Origin: Phoronis australis
Lineage: Eukaryota; Animalia; Phoronida
DNA: 64,000 nt
Direction: 5' to 3'
Assembly (NCBI GenBank): GCA_002633005.1
Contig: NMRA01000240.1
Location: 265,019 to 329,018, forward strand
Shown: positions 37,554 to 51,399 of the stretch, one piece after another
How positions within the stretch are numbered: the first letter of the stretch is position 1
Layout: each line of letters starts with the position of its first letter
Made by a program: the position numbers and the translations under genes
The notes under the pieces: generated by a model
What the model saw: the letters and a program-made list of their open reading frames with translations, nothing else
Told to the model about the DNA's origin: nothing
Databases searched by the model: none

Positions 37554-40500
37554 TAGTCGGTGGGCTAGATCTCATAGCGTTCATCTTTATGAGTATCTTA
37601 GGGGGGCAACCTAATTTTTTCTATGTGGCTAGATAATATACCTATAAATCAAATTCCAAAAAGTTCCCACGTCTACACTTGCACATTTTTATTAAAAATG
37701 TGTTTTTGTTGCACGAAATATTATGCACATTCCTGCCACTTGGTGGCGCTTTCCTACTGAATTGACCAATCAGAGAGCCAGATTGTATTGTTGTGCTTAG
37801 TTACTTCAATATGGCTGCTCCCATGGAGTGTGATGCCTGTATAATTCAAGGTTTATCAAACATCACAAAATTGTCATGCCAGAACCTGAAGAAGCTTAGA
37901 GAAGCATCTTGACGAATGCTGGTGGACTGTGGAACACTGTAGGTCAGTAGATCAAAAAGAAGAAGAGATGTCACAGACGTTTGTGCAGAAAACAGCTGCA
38001 TGTCCTGGTATAGCCTATACACAGTATACTGCTGTAGAAGACCAAGTGTCAGACCAAAATTGAAAGGACATAAAAAGGCATAGCAACTTTTCAAGACACC
38101 AGCAGTAGCACTAAAGCTGAAGCTGCTGAAAGTGATACAGATGTTACCCAAAATTTCCCAAGAAAATCAATTGGACTTCCAAAATCTGAAACACCCAATT
38201 AACTTGAACAAGATAAAAACATTCTGAAACACTAGTGCATTATTTGTTAGCATGAAAAGTATATTAGGGAACACGTTTCAAGAAAGAGAGAGAAATAACA
38301 ACTTTATAGCTTTGAAAAACAGGTACGTATTACAACTTGCGGTTTTCCAAGTGTGTTTCAATGTTATCACCAGTTGTTTTTTAACTTGTTCAGCTCCTTG
38401 GCTGCCTAGGCCTTAGACAATACCGCTGACCCAGTAGAGACGGTAATCATACCATAGGTACTCCATATGCCGGATGCTTTTCGGCAAATTATGCATCACA
38501 CTGGTTAAACCATAAATCATGTTCCTATAAGTTAAGAAGTACCACGTAGAGAGATGCCTCTGAGGATGCAGTTAATGTATTCATTTGTTCCCAGTTTAAA
38601 CAAATACTCTTGCAATCCTGTTTTTCGAACTCACTTGTTCAGTTGCCATATCGACACGACTTACGCCAATGAATAATCGTATGGCGTTATACTGTGGGTA
38701 TGATTTTAAGCAGTTTGAGTCAAAAAATTTTGAGAAGGTTAAATGGAGTAGATGGTTGCAACCAACATGCCCAAGTGGCCTTCATCCCCTGCCGTGATCT
38801 TGGGATAGGGGGAACCTCTTCTCAGTTTTTTGTAAACATTAAGTGCTTAGGTAGCTTCAATGGTAATTAAATTAAAGTGCCTAAGTGACCAGCGTCCCCG
38901 TTGTAATTTGAGGACCATGGAAGCCAATGTCAATTTCGTCAAACATTGATTACCTTAACTGTAAATCGATTGACTATGGTATAAGCATCTTATTTAAAAA
39001 ATTAAATTTCAGTCACTGCACTGGTATATCAGCTGATTTATTTTCAGTTGCATCAACTAATCTAATTATTAGATGATTAACATTTTTACGCGACTGATCT
39101 GACGGCATGTAAATTTGTTAGGCTGGTGGTGGATCAGTTCCTGATAAGTCTGTCTGAAAAATTTGCATGCCAACTCACTCATTGTTAAATGTTAAATTAG
39201 CCTTAACAGTCTGGGTTTTTTTCAGATGGACTTGTATCGCAAGCAACAGCTCAGTCCAGGGCCCTGAATATGAAAATGAAATTCAAAGATAAAGACCTTG
39301 TTTCTTAGAAGCCAAGTACCACAGATCATCATGCTATAAAAATAGAAAAACATGGTGAATAGTGACAAATCCACAGTTTTCAGAGATTTTTTATGGTTTT
39401 GTTTGGAGTTCATTGAATCAAAGCTTCTAACACATTTAGATGTCATTCGCCTTTTTCAAAACTAAGCAAGACTTTGAAGCTGTTCTTCAGACAGCTGGTG
39501 TGAATGAAGTTATTTGGACAGGCAGTCTTAGCAAACACTGTTGTAGCTACTCACTGTTGCAGTTTGCGCCCGACTAAGAGATACGAAAGTGAATTGAGGC
39601 CAGTGTTCAATAATTCACTTGCTGACTCTAATTAACTCAGCCCATTATAGCATATTTTGAATCAAACGTTTGCCCAAATCCTGCCCACCTCCAAACAAGG
39701 ACTTAGTGTTTGACCCATCATCGCATGTGGGCCAATGGGGAGTGTGCAATGCTGTACCCTCTCTAATCGACCATAGTTGGCTCCTTGGCGGTGGAGCTTT
39801 ATTGTTAAAATGATTGGCAATGCTCGCAGCTCCATCGACAGTACTTAACAATGAATGCTGCAAGAGCAAAAAGAACATGTGTGCTGGGAAACTGAGTTTG
39901 TGCTTTAATGCTGGGTCAAACTGTACAAAAAAGTGCAACTGTGACAACTGTAGTAACATCAGCAACACTGACTGCATAACATTGGATAATTTTTTGACAA
40001 GTCAGCCCTAAATAGACCTCCAACCCTGTTATTTCGTTTTTTTATTAAAAAGTAAATTTTATTTGTTGATTAAGTCATAGAAAGTACATACCTTGGTCAT
40101 TGTCATGTATTTGTCTCGTACTGCTTGATAAACGCTGTCAGAATAATCTATTATTTTTACGGTCTGTGTGCACATTCACAGAGATCATTTAACTATATTG
40201 TTTTTGTACTATAACGGATTTCTGGTGTATTATGCAAATAAGCTATATTTTATTCCATTAGTCAATGGTTCAGTCATTGAGGCACAAATTTTGCTCACTC
40301 TCAAGTGTTTTGTTATTTTTGTTGCCAGACAATGCTAGAATAACCTCCTAGTAACATTCAGACTTAGTTTGCATTTCTGTCACTAGGTGTCACTTTACAT
40401 TCTTTAAATTTCGCTGTTGCAATTAGTCTACAATAGTAAAACATGTAATTTGAGTGTATTATTGTTCAATACAATGACATCGATGGGTCCATATTACTTG

Positions 40501-40747
40501 TTTTACAAAGAAGATAGCAAAAACTGTTGTTTTTACAAATATAAGTTCTCTAAGCTGTATGATGGTTATTATGCAACTTCAAACTCAAATTTTTCAAAAA
40601 ATGTGCAACTTTAAACGTGGGAACTTTTCAGATTTTGAAAGCACTCTAGTAAATGAATTTAAAAACACNNNNNNNNNNCCCCCCCCCCCCTAAAGTACTC
40701 ACAAAAACCATTTTCTAGAAGCTCTACAAATTCTAGCCCACCGCCTA
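37554..40747 (+). mobile_element. Academ-type DNA transposon, decayed, with 3-bp TSD (ATA)
   Basis: ATA|TAGTCGGTGGGCTAGA ... TCTAGCCCACCGCCTA|ATA, plus subterminal inverted matches (aaaagttcccacgt, tgcacattttt). The C-terminal remnant PSLIDHSW...APSTVL...CKSKKNMC...GSNCTKKCNCDNCSN (39760-39960) fits the Cys-rich transposase tail. Confidence 0.8.
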
Positions 40748-41954
40748 ATAGGATATCGCATATTTATGGACCTATTTGCGTCATCGTGGCAATACCTTGT
40801 TGCGGGCTCCTGCTTGTTGTTGTATCGAGGTCATATGTATGCCAAGTACGGTATCCAAACCGTGAAGCGACAAGACAATCTGTGAAAGTGTTGAGTACGT
40901 AACCACTTAAGTTTTATTTTAAAATTAATTGATCAGAATTGTCAGTTTGTGACAAATACACGTTAGAATACCATTCAATAATGTCAAAAGTTTGTAGGAA
41001 ATCCATCCGTTGATATAAAAGTTGAAATATCCTTGAACCGAGTTGTGCACTGAGTAGTGTCGTTTTAGCTTCGATGGATTTCTTAGTTTTCTTGCTCTAT
41101 TTTCGTGTCTCAGCTTCTGGACTGTAAATAGTAACAAACATTTCCCTTTGTTAACCACAGCATTGGAAAATAACGGTGGAAACTGTGCTAATTTGCAGAA
41201 TTGCAGGTGAGTACTGGATCGCGAAAAGCAGCAACGGAGAGTAGCCTACGTTGAACGCTGCGAACAGATGATTATCTGTGCAGTAAAAACACACACATTC
41301 GTTGTTATTAGGTAATATCTTCCTGTGAAGACCTTAGCTCAAAGTGTACATATACAGTATACATCCATAACAAAACCTTTTCGTTGGATTTGAGGTAGAT
41401 TTTTGTCTGATTTTGCTGGCCGGGGACGCTCCTTTGCTTGACCTTTTTATGATGACCCAGATTGAAACCTCAGCGAGGCCCAAAAATAGTCTTTTGATCA
41501 CCTTGCGTCGGAATTTACATGAGTATTTTTTCTGTTTTAGAGCAGTAAAACTGCTTTTTCAGTAGCGATGCCTTGAATTGATGATATAGGTAACCCAAAT
41601 GAACGAGCTCAATCAAATTTGGCGTTGCAAACGTGAATTTACTTGACTAGGAGACTGTTCACTAATCGCGAATTACGGCTTCTACCGTTGAATACGTCCT
41701 CTACCGTAGTATGCGGATTGGCTCTTACTTTCCCGTATTTCACAGTTGATACCGTGGCGCATATAACATCCGTTTTTTCACATATATTGGATAAGGTATA
41801 CTATTCAACCGTATTTTTTCATACTGATTTGGATTTTGAGATATTATAGATATTCTCATACAATATCGCGAGGGTATTGAGTTTATTCGGAGATGCATCG
41901 TGGAAGCTCTTCACCTGCAGACAGACACAGCAAATATGTCAATGCTCTATTGAG

Positions 41955-42891
41955 TTTTTTTTCACTGTGATATATATTTATTGAAGGATACACAAAACAT
42001 ACAAAGAAATAATAACAAACCCAGAAACCGCGAAGCATTATATCTGGGTTGTAAACAATTCATAAATGAAACTTATATACATAGAGGTATATACAATTAA
42101 GTAGTATCTAAAATAAGTATTCCAATACTTAGACATACTATTACAGATATATAAAAACAAAAATATTTACAGATTCATGTAAGGAAATCAGATGCAACAA
42201 TATTGATAAACGGTACATAAAAATTTGCTAACGTTGCTTAGGAGTAATTCGTTGAGAACAAAGTCAAGGTTAGGACTACCATTCAGTAATAATGCAACTC
42301 TAGTAGGGGTGTTATTACAAGAATTGAGAGCGTTAACAATTGATTAGTTATCATTGAGTGCACGAAAGAGTGAGTCTCTCAGGGATTCGATGAGGGGACA
42401 TTTGAAGAAAATATGAGGATAAGATTGATGGTCACCACATTTACAGTTTGGAGAGACATCACTAAAGTTGTGCCTGAACTTGTCAGAGTTGAGGAAAATG
42501 CCACATCTTGATCTGTACAATGCTATTTCGTTATCGCGGGTAAGGGAGAATTGAGTCAAGGGTGTTGAGTTATCAAAATTATGAAAAACAGTTCTAAAAT
42601 TATTTTTTATACTCGTAAAAGAGTTGCTTTCCTTAACAGAGACTGGAAGAGAATTCCAGTTGTTGATGCACATCATGACTGTAGACCTTCTGAATGCCTG
42701 ACTGAACGACGGAGGAATTGCATATGGGGTGGAGAATCTCAAATCACTACGATGGCCTTGTCTAATATATAGATCAAATATTTTTTTGACAGACACGTTG
42801 TTGACATTGTTTATTACCTTGAAAGCAAATGTGGTCATGTGAAGATTGCGTCGAGTAGACAGTTAGACTTGAGACTATTCAAAACCTTAAC
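41955..42891 (-). mobile_element. 5'-truncated copy of the same LINE family, with TSD ATTGAG(T)
   Basis: Aligns with 25290-26225. ORF 42344-42838 carries the SPNCKCG...HIFFKCP motif. ATTGAG occurs at 41949-41954 and 42892-42897. Confidence 0.9.
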
Positions 42892-43176
42892 ATTGAGTCA
42901 CAGTGTGAACAGGTGATCCTGGCAATCCTTGGGCACTGTTACTTAGCTGGCATTGAAGCATCACCATTCCGCGCAGTGTCTGAAGTCCAGCGTCCGTAAG
43001 TCGGGGTAGGTTACTGCGGACGGACACTTAACAAGTTTGCAGCAGTTTGTTTACATTAACAACTTTGCGTTTGATTTACTACAGTGATAAGCCATCTGTG
43101 AGTGGAATGTGCCTGATCAAGTATTCGGTTATTTCAACTATTGAATTTTTCGCATAAAATATTGATATTTAAGTAT

Positions 43177-46100
43177 CAGTCCACGGATCCACCGACCACA
43201 GTACAGCCAACAAGCGGCAAGGTGGGGGGTCAACCATTCAGATCCATGTTTAGTCTGATAAATCACATTACGGATGAGAGAAAATGGGTGAAGTATGACA
43301 CCACAAAGTTTGGTGGTTTAGGAGATAGAAGGGAAGTGTCCTGGGGGGCAAAATGAGGCAATTTCTTGGTGTGGAATGAGTCATTTTTGACCAAATTTTC
43401 TACTCCAGTTTCTGCTTCAAACAGAATCGTTTCTGAACAATTTTGATATCACATGATAGGTTCATGACCACTGCCAGTAAAAACGGCACCGAAACTGCAA
43501 CATCGGTTACCATGGTAACACTGGAACTGTTTCCGTGGAGGTACGTTTCCGTCTTGTGAAAAACCAGCAGTAAGCTGTACCCTTATAGCGAAGCTGCCCC
43601 CACGAGAAAACTAAAAATAACAACATGGACATGTAGAAGACTCCATGCCCTTGAAATTAATACAATAAAAACTTTGTCAGCCCTTCAGGCAGGCTTGGTA
43701 ATAGGTGTCTGAATTTCACTATTTTCAGACCGCGTATGTGTATTTGTCATGTTAAACCAGTCACTAGTTTTGCGCCGTTTCTACGCATTAATATGCCGTG
43801 GTATAATACAACAATTAAAACAATTGATTTGCTTAAATGTTTTTAATTAATTTTAAAGACACCAATAAAATATGAAATTATACTAAATTTTTTCATCCAA
43901 TTCGTCTGAATACCAAACTAAATCTTACAATGCGCTAGTTGAATGATGGCTGACCTAAAGTTCGGGTTTGGGAATTTATCTATTTATCTGGCATCAAATG
44001 TGGTATTTCTACAAATTGCGGAGGAAGACAACTTTGGAAACTCTAGGGAAATGCACAAGGTATAGAGCAAGACATTTAAGCACCTTATAAGAGTACGTGG
44101 AGCTGATGTGGAGGTGGAACGTGTCCTCCTGAGTAGTCTGTCTCAGTGTCTGCCTCGGAGGCACTATGTGAAGCAGGAGCTACAAAATCTACCGTATTAG
44201 GTTCACTTGCCCGAATCATCGTTACAACACTCGAGATATATTGGCGTCGCCAAAGACACTTAGAACATCCACTGCACACTAGAGGAAGAATCTGACAGAG
44301 GTCTGAAAAATGACCAAAGACGTTAAGTCAAGGTTCAACGTCCTGCTTCGTGTGAGCTCAGGTAGGTACTCCCAGGAATCACTAAACTCCAGGGTCAGAC
44401 CCTGAGGAATATTTTTAGAAGCACGTCATTCATGCAAAAATACTTTTATTGACACACCGTGATTGCTTATAACTTGGGCCTTATTGCTTAATCATATCTT
44501 ATTCAAATGTGTTGATGTTTATGCAACTACATGTATACATTGGCATAGAAAATAGGTAGTCATCATAACTTTTCATAACAACCACCAAATGTGTAACATG
44601 ACTTCTTCCCATGAACTACTTTTAGAGACTAGGGAGTATGTTTTGTCTGCCAATGATTTTCTGCGATTATGAAGTTAATTAAACATGCTAAAGCTGTCAG
44701 AAATATTGGTGCCTTCACTTTAGCTTGGTATTCATATTTTGTGAGCCGAAATGGCCACATTAAATTTAATATGTTTAATTTTTCATTAATACAATTTTAG
44801 GAATCAGGAAAGGCTTATGCTGAAGAAGTGGCTTCTGCTGAAGTTGGAGACTTGCCGATTATTAGTAAAGGTTGGGTATGGAAAAGTTCACAACCAGCAA
44901 GAAGGTACCCTTCTGGACAACTAAGTGAGGGGGCTAGAGAGAGGCCGAAAAGTCTACTCCCAGAAGATATGTCAAAGAGAATTTGTAGCTTGAGGAACGA
45001 GTTGGGGAAAAAGTATTTGCCAAAGATTACTGGCTTATACCACAACAGGTCCAAAGTAATTTGTTGAGATAGGCCACTTTCAGCAAATGTGGGGAAACTG
45101 GGACAGAGGAAGTGGAGTATGCATAGAAAGAGGCAATCTGCGATTGTCAAGGATGTAGCATTGTAAAAATTCAAAGGGAGGAAACAGTACAGTGGCTGGA
45201 CCTGTAAATACTCTGGCTGATCTGCTAAATCCAGTGGGGGCATTATTGTATCAGCACAGCTGTGTAGGGAAGTAGGCTTGTGTGTTGTCGCAAGCTTTGT
45301 TTGCACCAGAACTGCTTGTGTGAACAGCACAAATCTAAAATTTACCTAGTCTAAGACTGAATTTTTGTCCAGGCACGGATTATGATCCTGGGCCACATGG
45401 TAATGGTACATTGTTCATTTTGTTTAGCCACTGGATTTTTTGGTCTGACAGGATTTCTCAGTGTCGCCATCACATTTAGATGATTTCTGACCACTGTACT
45501 ATTCCTTTTCCTTGAAGATGCGTAATTGATCTGAATTTATGTTTCCGCATTTTATTTACCATTATAGATTTTTGTTTGTAAATGGGTATATATTACTGAA
45601 ATTTGAGACCCTGTTGCAGTTAGGCTGGTTTTGTTAACTTATCTTTCTGCCTGGGTTGTAAACCCATATTCTGTCCAGGAGGTAATAAGTTTTGATTTAG
45701 ACCATTTACCTCTATAAACTTTGCTCAGTTTGTTCCTTATCCAGATGGGAAGTGATTTCTGGAATTGTAGCGAATTGACAGTTTGCTATTCCTTGAGACC
45801 ATGCTGTGTGTATAAAATCGCACACTATTAGTCTGGTCTTTAGCAATTGCATATTGCCAGATCTTTCAAAGTTCTGAAATTGCTCAAAAGTGACCTGGAA
45901 GTAATACCTATTTCGTGATGGTAAAATATCTTCTAAATCAAAAGTTGTTTTATGTGATTTTAGGCGAGTTTATGTCCACTTCAAATGATTTTTTGTTGCA
46001 GTACTGAAAAGTATTGGCACATTAGCTCTGGTGGCTCCTTGTTTTTTTTGGCGAATTGACCATTTTATGGTTCCCATGGGTAATTTTGTTACTGGTCTAG

Positions 46101-48189
46101 TATGTATGTACAACTGTAATCGTAGGGCAATTGTAATGCAAACCATGTTGCAAAAGTATTTTTTCATGACCATTTCATTGTAAAATGCTGCCTAATTGGA
46201 ACCGACAAGCCAATTTTTCATTTTGTGGTGGTTAGTTTTGATAAGAACATTGATGTGGTAAATACAGCTACCTCAAGTTTGTGAAGAAGAGATTTCCAGT
46301 GTTGTCAGCGATATTGCGAAATCACTTTTTCGCAGTGAGACTACATCACCTTAAATGTAATTCCCTGACTTTATGAGCTTTGTGTGGTTGACTCTGTCCT
46401 GTAGCAATTAGAGTGTTGAAAAGATCTAGAAGGCAATTTTTTATTAGAGTCATAACATTTGCACTTTTGACTGTACAGTTATCTTTGCATTGTATTACGA
46501 AAACATATTTTGTAGTACACAAGTCTCTGGTTGGTATTTTATATTTTTTCACAAGGAATATTTTCAACTTAGATGAGTTGTCTGTGAGGTAGGCAATTTT
46601 CAAATAAGATAATGAATAAAATTGTCAAACATTGTTTTATTTTTTAGATGTGTGATCTTCCAATAAGTGATTACTTTTAAAAAACCTGTGCAGAATTTGA
46701 TTTTTACTCTTCATTTGAAGGAGAATAAATCCATAAACCTGCATTGTCTAGAAATTTTACTCAAACTACATATTACAGGGTTGGGGATTGGAATCTTAAT
46801 ACAACAGAGTCTGAACCCGTACCATGAGCAATACAACACAATACACGGATATAAAAATTTGGTGTTTAGGTTCCACGGAAAGGATTCGTGTGCGCGGTAA
46901 TAGTTACTAAGGTGCGTGGTCATTGTTTGTGGATACTTTGGGATTCCTCTTCTGTGGTCATCCACGGGAAACCTGGTCGCATAGAGAACAATAGATTAGT
47001 ATCTTCATTGTTTCCGTTGTTATAATAAAGATATAATGACGAGCACTTATCGGCAACGGTCTCAGTGATGTACGCAAGGTTCTATATCCATGCGACCTGT
47101 GTTGTTACATCCAACAATGACACAACAAAGGAAAACAATGATAGGACCGATGGGCGAAAAACATGCGACGAGTTGCCATGGACAGTGGTGGAGTTTGTCT
47201 TGTCATTCGAATGTTTTTACAGAACTGCAAACCCGGTATTTCGTCAGGAAAATTTCTGCGGTCTTTTGTTTTAAGTCGTGGGAAAAATTGCGGTCATGCA
47301 ACAAAACTTATCCTTCATTTGATATTACAATGCATTGCATGAACATTTGATCAACAGAAAATCTGACTTGAATATGTGTGAAGAAATACCCATGAGGAAA
47401 TTGCAAAGTAAAACAACTGTAAATCAAAATAACCTACATTTGTCGAGTTCATGTCTAACCCTGTTCACTGTGGAGGACATAATCGGCTTTTTACAAAATG
47501 GAGCCATGTATGGTATTTAGGGGTACTATAGCCCTAAGTGATCAGTAGTAAAACGTTCAAAACATTCAGGAGGAACTAACTTGTTGCAAAATATCGAAAA
47601 ACATAAAGGACAATCGGATTTTACGGTGCTCACGCATCGATCTCAGATATATGAAAATTTCTCATTTTAGTACATTTGAGGTGCCAAAATATATAACTAA
47701 TAAACTGGCTGACAAAGTTTTTATTTTATGAAATGAAAGTAACATGTTTTGTCAACATTTTGGCTAAGTTTCATTCTCATAACAGTGGGGGCAGATTTGG
47801 TACAGCAGTGTACTGAACACAACCTCAAAATGGCATAACGGGGGGCAGTGTAGTAAAACTACTAAATGAGGGTGGTAAATCGGAATCGTGTTTCAAGACA
47901 TCTGTGTAACAATCTACAGGCACCACTAAACAATGCCAAGTGAATAATAAATCAATAGCTTTCATTCAAGGAAAAATATGAACAGTTAAAACTGAACAGT
48001 TTTTATACCGTGAAAACATGGCTGCGAAGCCGTAAAATGTGTTTGAGCCTATATCTTTAGAAAAACGCAATATTTTGAGAAAATATTTTACAGCTATTTA
48101 AAGATCCCATAGGACTACCTATGTGCCAAATTTGGTGAAAATCGGCTGACCCCCACCTTGCCGCTCATGGCTGGTGCTCTCGTGGACTA
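43177..48189. mobile_element. ~5-kb TIR-bounded element with Academ-like (YAG...CTA) ends, decayed or composite
   Basis: Left end CAGTCCACG...CAGCCA..GCGGCAAGGTGGGGGGTCA, right end TGACCCCCACCTTGCCGC..TGGCTGG..CGTGGACTA. No clean TSD. Confidence 0.6.
44801..45070 (+). pseudogene. Transposase-like C-terminal remnant (GWVWK...PEDMSKRI...frameshift...WLIPQQVQS)
   Basis: Follows a TTTTAG acceptor. It resembles the GWALK...LTxQQIxS tail I associate with invertebrate Sola-type transposases. This is recall, not a search result. Confidence 0.35.
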
Positions 48190-48648
48190 GCACTTAATTT
48201 TGAATTATTTTATGCCGACTACAACGGTATGTCGTCATCTGTCACAGATACGCCTACATATCCAATAAAAACAAGATACATATTTCTGTGGAATTGTATT
48301 GATGCGTGTAAAGTTAATTTTATTACATTTCTTTTAATTGCCGTTGGCTTTAGAGTGATTTTTTAAATTGCCACAACAAGACTTCGCTGCTTTCCAGAAA
48401 ATCTTAGGCATTACTGAGCATGCACAAATTCGACTTCCCGAATAAAAAAGCAAAGAAGTCCTTCAATACTTGGATTTTTTGTTATGGGACCTCTGATAGT
48501 GGAATAAACACCACGCATCACTACTAAGGAACAAAGCTAGCGGAACAGATATGTCAGACCCTCTCTGCACACGTTCATATAGTTTCATTGAAGAACACCT
48601 CTGTCTGTGACCTGGAATGCAGATGTTTTCATGCTGGGTCTTAGTTAA

Positions 48649-50364
48649 AGGCGAAGGCAACCTTTTTTCATATCATGTTGAGCTAAAATAAGGTTGGTTG
48701 GTTATCCTAGACATATTTTCCACTTACAGGTAATTACAGCTTTTCGCAATTTTGTTAATTACTCGTCCGCTACTCCGGAAGTGACGTTTTAGGAGGCAAG
48801 CATTTCGCGCCAATTTCTTTTCATATAGTCTGACTGTGAGAGCTGCCGAGTCAGTCATTGTTCTACCTTGGTTAAGTTACATCGTCGTTTGCTTTCATTT
48901 ACTAGTCAGTCAACATGCCACACTGTTTCTGTGTACCGGGATGTACTAATTATCGTCTCACGCGCGCTTTGGGAGTACCTTAGCATCGCTTTCCGATGGA
49001 TGACACACTTCGCCGAACTTGGCTCGTTCGTGTGAAGAACGCATCGTTACCCGTCCACGCAACGTACAAAGCAGTCGAGAATTACCGTGTGTGTGGCAAG
49101 CACTTTCTGCTGTCCGAATACGAAAGGGATTTGTACGCTGAACTGATGAAGGTCCCTGCGAAACAACGCCTGAAGAAGGATGCCATTCCGTCTGTGTTAA
49201 TTCCCGGCAGTGCCCCGTCGCCACCCCCGGGAAGTGCGTTTTTGAAGAGAGAAGCCTCGCGAGCTGTGGCCAGTACAGTGACTGGAGCCAGTNNNNNNNN
49301 NNNNNNNNNNNNNNNNNNNNNNNNNNNNNNNNNNNNNNNNNNNNNNNNNNNNNNNNNNNNNNNNNNNNNNNNNNNNNNNNNNNNNNNNNNNNNNNNNNNN
49401 NNNNNNNNNNNNNNNNNNNNNNNNNNNNNNNNNNNNNNNNNNNNNNNNNNNNNNNNNNNNNNNNNNNNNNNNNNNNNNNNNNNNNNNNNNNNNNNNNNNN
49501 NNNNNNNNNNNNNNNNNNNNNNNNNNNNNNNNNNNNNNNNNNNNNNNNNNNNNNNNNNNNNNNNNNNNNNNNNNNNNNNNNNNNNNNNNNNNNNNNNNNN
49601 NNNNNNNNNNNNNNNNNNNNNNNNNNNNNNNNNNNNNNNNNNNNNNNNNNNNNNNNNNNNNNNNNNNNNNNNNNNNNNNNNNNNNNNNNNNNNNNNNNNN
49701 NNNNNNNNNNNNNNNNNNNNNNNNNNNNNNNNNNNNNNNNNNNNNNNNNNNNNNNNNNNNNNNNNNNNNNNNNNNNNNNNNNNNNNNNNNNNNNNNNNNN
49801 NNNNNNNNNNNNNNNNNNNNNNNNNNNNNNNNNNNNNNNNNNNNNNNNNNNNNNNNNNNNNNNNNNNNNNNNNNNNNNNNNNNNNNNNNNNNNNNNNNNN
49901 NNNNNNNNNNNNNNNNNNNNNNNNNNNNNNNNNNNNNNNNNNNNNNNNNNNNNNNNNNNNNNNNNNNNNNNNNNNNNNNNNNNNNNNNNNNNNNNNNNNN
50001 NNNNNNNNNNNNNNNNNNNNNNNNNNNNNNNNNNNNNNNNNNNNNNNNNNNNNNNNNNNNNNNNNNNNNNNNNNNNNNNNNNNNNNNNNNNNNNNNNNNN
50101 NNNNNNNNNNNNNNNNNNNNNNNNNNNNNNNNNNNNNNNNNNNNNNNNNNNNNNNNNNNNNNNNNNNNNNNNNNNNNNNNNNNNNNNNNNNNNNGCAAAA
50201 CCAAGTGGCGGGAAACGCTTGCCTCCTAAAACTTCACTTACGGAGTAGAGGACGAGTAATTAATAAAATTACGAAAAGCTGTAATTAAGTGGAAAATATG
50301 TCTAGGATAACCAACCAACCTTTATTTTAGCTCAAAATGACATGAAAAAAGGTTGCCTTCGCCT
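48649..50364 (+). mobile_element. Kolobok non-autonomous copy A (TTAA TSD, ~150-bp TIR, THAP remnant, internal N gap)
   Basis: TTAA|AGGCGAAGGCAACC ... GGTTGCCTTCGCCT|TTAA. THAP remnant MPHCFCVPGC...P*HRFP...RVCGKHF...DAIPS has an in-frame stop. Confidence 0.88.
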
Positions 50365-51399
50365 TTAAGAGTTGTGTAAACAGCCTACCCTAGTGGACTG
50401 AGCTCTGAACCTTAGCGAAATGACCGATCACACATACTACATGCTCAAAGTTCTCTATTGGTGTGGTATGGGAGCGAACATTTATTACTTATATAATGCT
50501 ACCTCTCAAATATTTCATAACCTGCTTGAAACAAAGTATGTCGATTTCGTAGTCGTTCCCATATCCTGCGAAATACAAGCAGATTAAAGGACTAATCACC
50601 CATATCCATCGCAGATATCCTTCATTGGAACATCCACTCCAGATAAAGTGAGGTACTCAATGCAATGATGGTATGCCAAAATTTTCCTGAACATTGGATG
50701 GACCAGTAGTAATTCCAAGACAACACGCGTGGCAAGGAGTAGCCAAGCAAAGGTTAATAGTGAAAGAGCCTGCTATAGACCACACTAAATGAACACTTCT
50801 TTCTCACAGGCCTTCAAAACACTGATGGTCACACTTTTCAGGTTATGGGTAGAACAACTGAAATCCACGACGGTGTTCTGAATACAAGCCTTTCATTGTA
50901 ATTGACATGCGTTGAACACAGATTATAAAATATATCTGTTACAGATAAATACGAGATACCCTGTGTAGAAGGCGGCATGTTCTGTACTGATGAGTTTGCA
51001 GCTTGTTCTGAGATGTTGTGCAGGTGCATCGGCAGACGAATAATGTACAAGGACGCGTGCACGGGTACGTATTCGTGATGGACATTAGTTCCGACGAAAA
51101 ACTACTTCACAAGCCACTGATGAAGCTACATGTATCATGCTCAGTCCAAACTTTAGTAGAAATTAATTGCGCGTATATTCTAAAAATGGCACGTTTGCAG
51201 CGTTGTTTTATTTTTTGTTCATGTCTTTGAGTGGAGGTGTGGGACATTCCTCTCTGATCTCCATGAATCCTACGTGTACGCTTAGTTTCCAGAGAACAAA
51301 TGAGTACCATAGTTTGGGAAAATAAAGGTAAGTTACACATGCAAAATATTAATTATATAAGTTTTTGGCCACATTAACATTAAAAACCGGCCAACCGCC

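Noticed and set aside
48996-50288. 430-aa and 335-aa ORFs in the track
   Set aside because: Artefacts of translating through 902 Ns. Only the THAP part is real, and it is preceded by an in-frame stop.
50400-51330. Possible receptor extracellular-domain remnant (QISFIGTS...IGWT)
   Set aside because: The resemblance is weak and broken by stops. It cannot be supported without a profile search.
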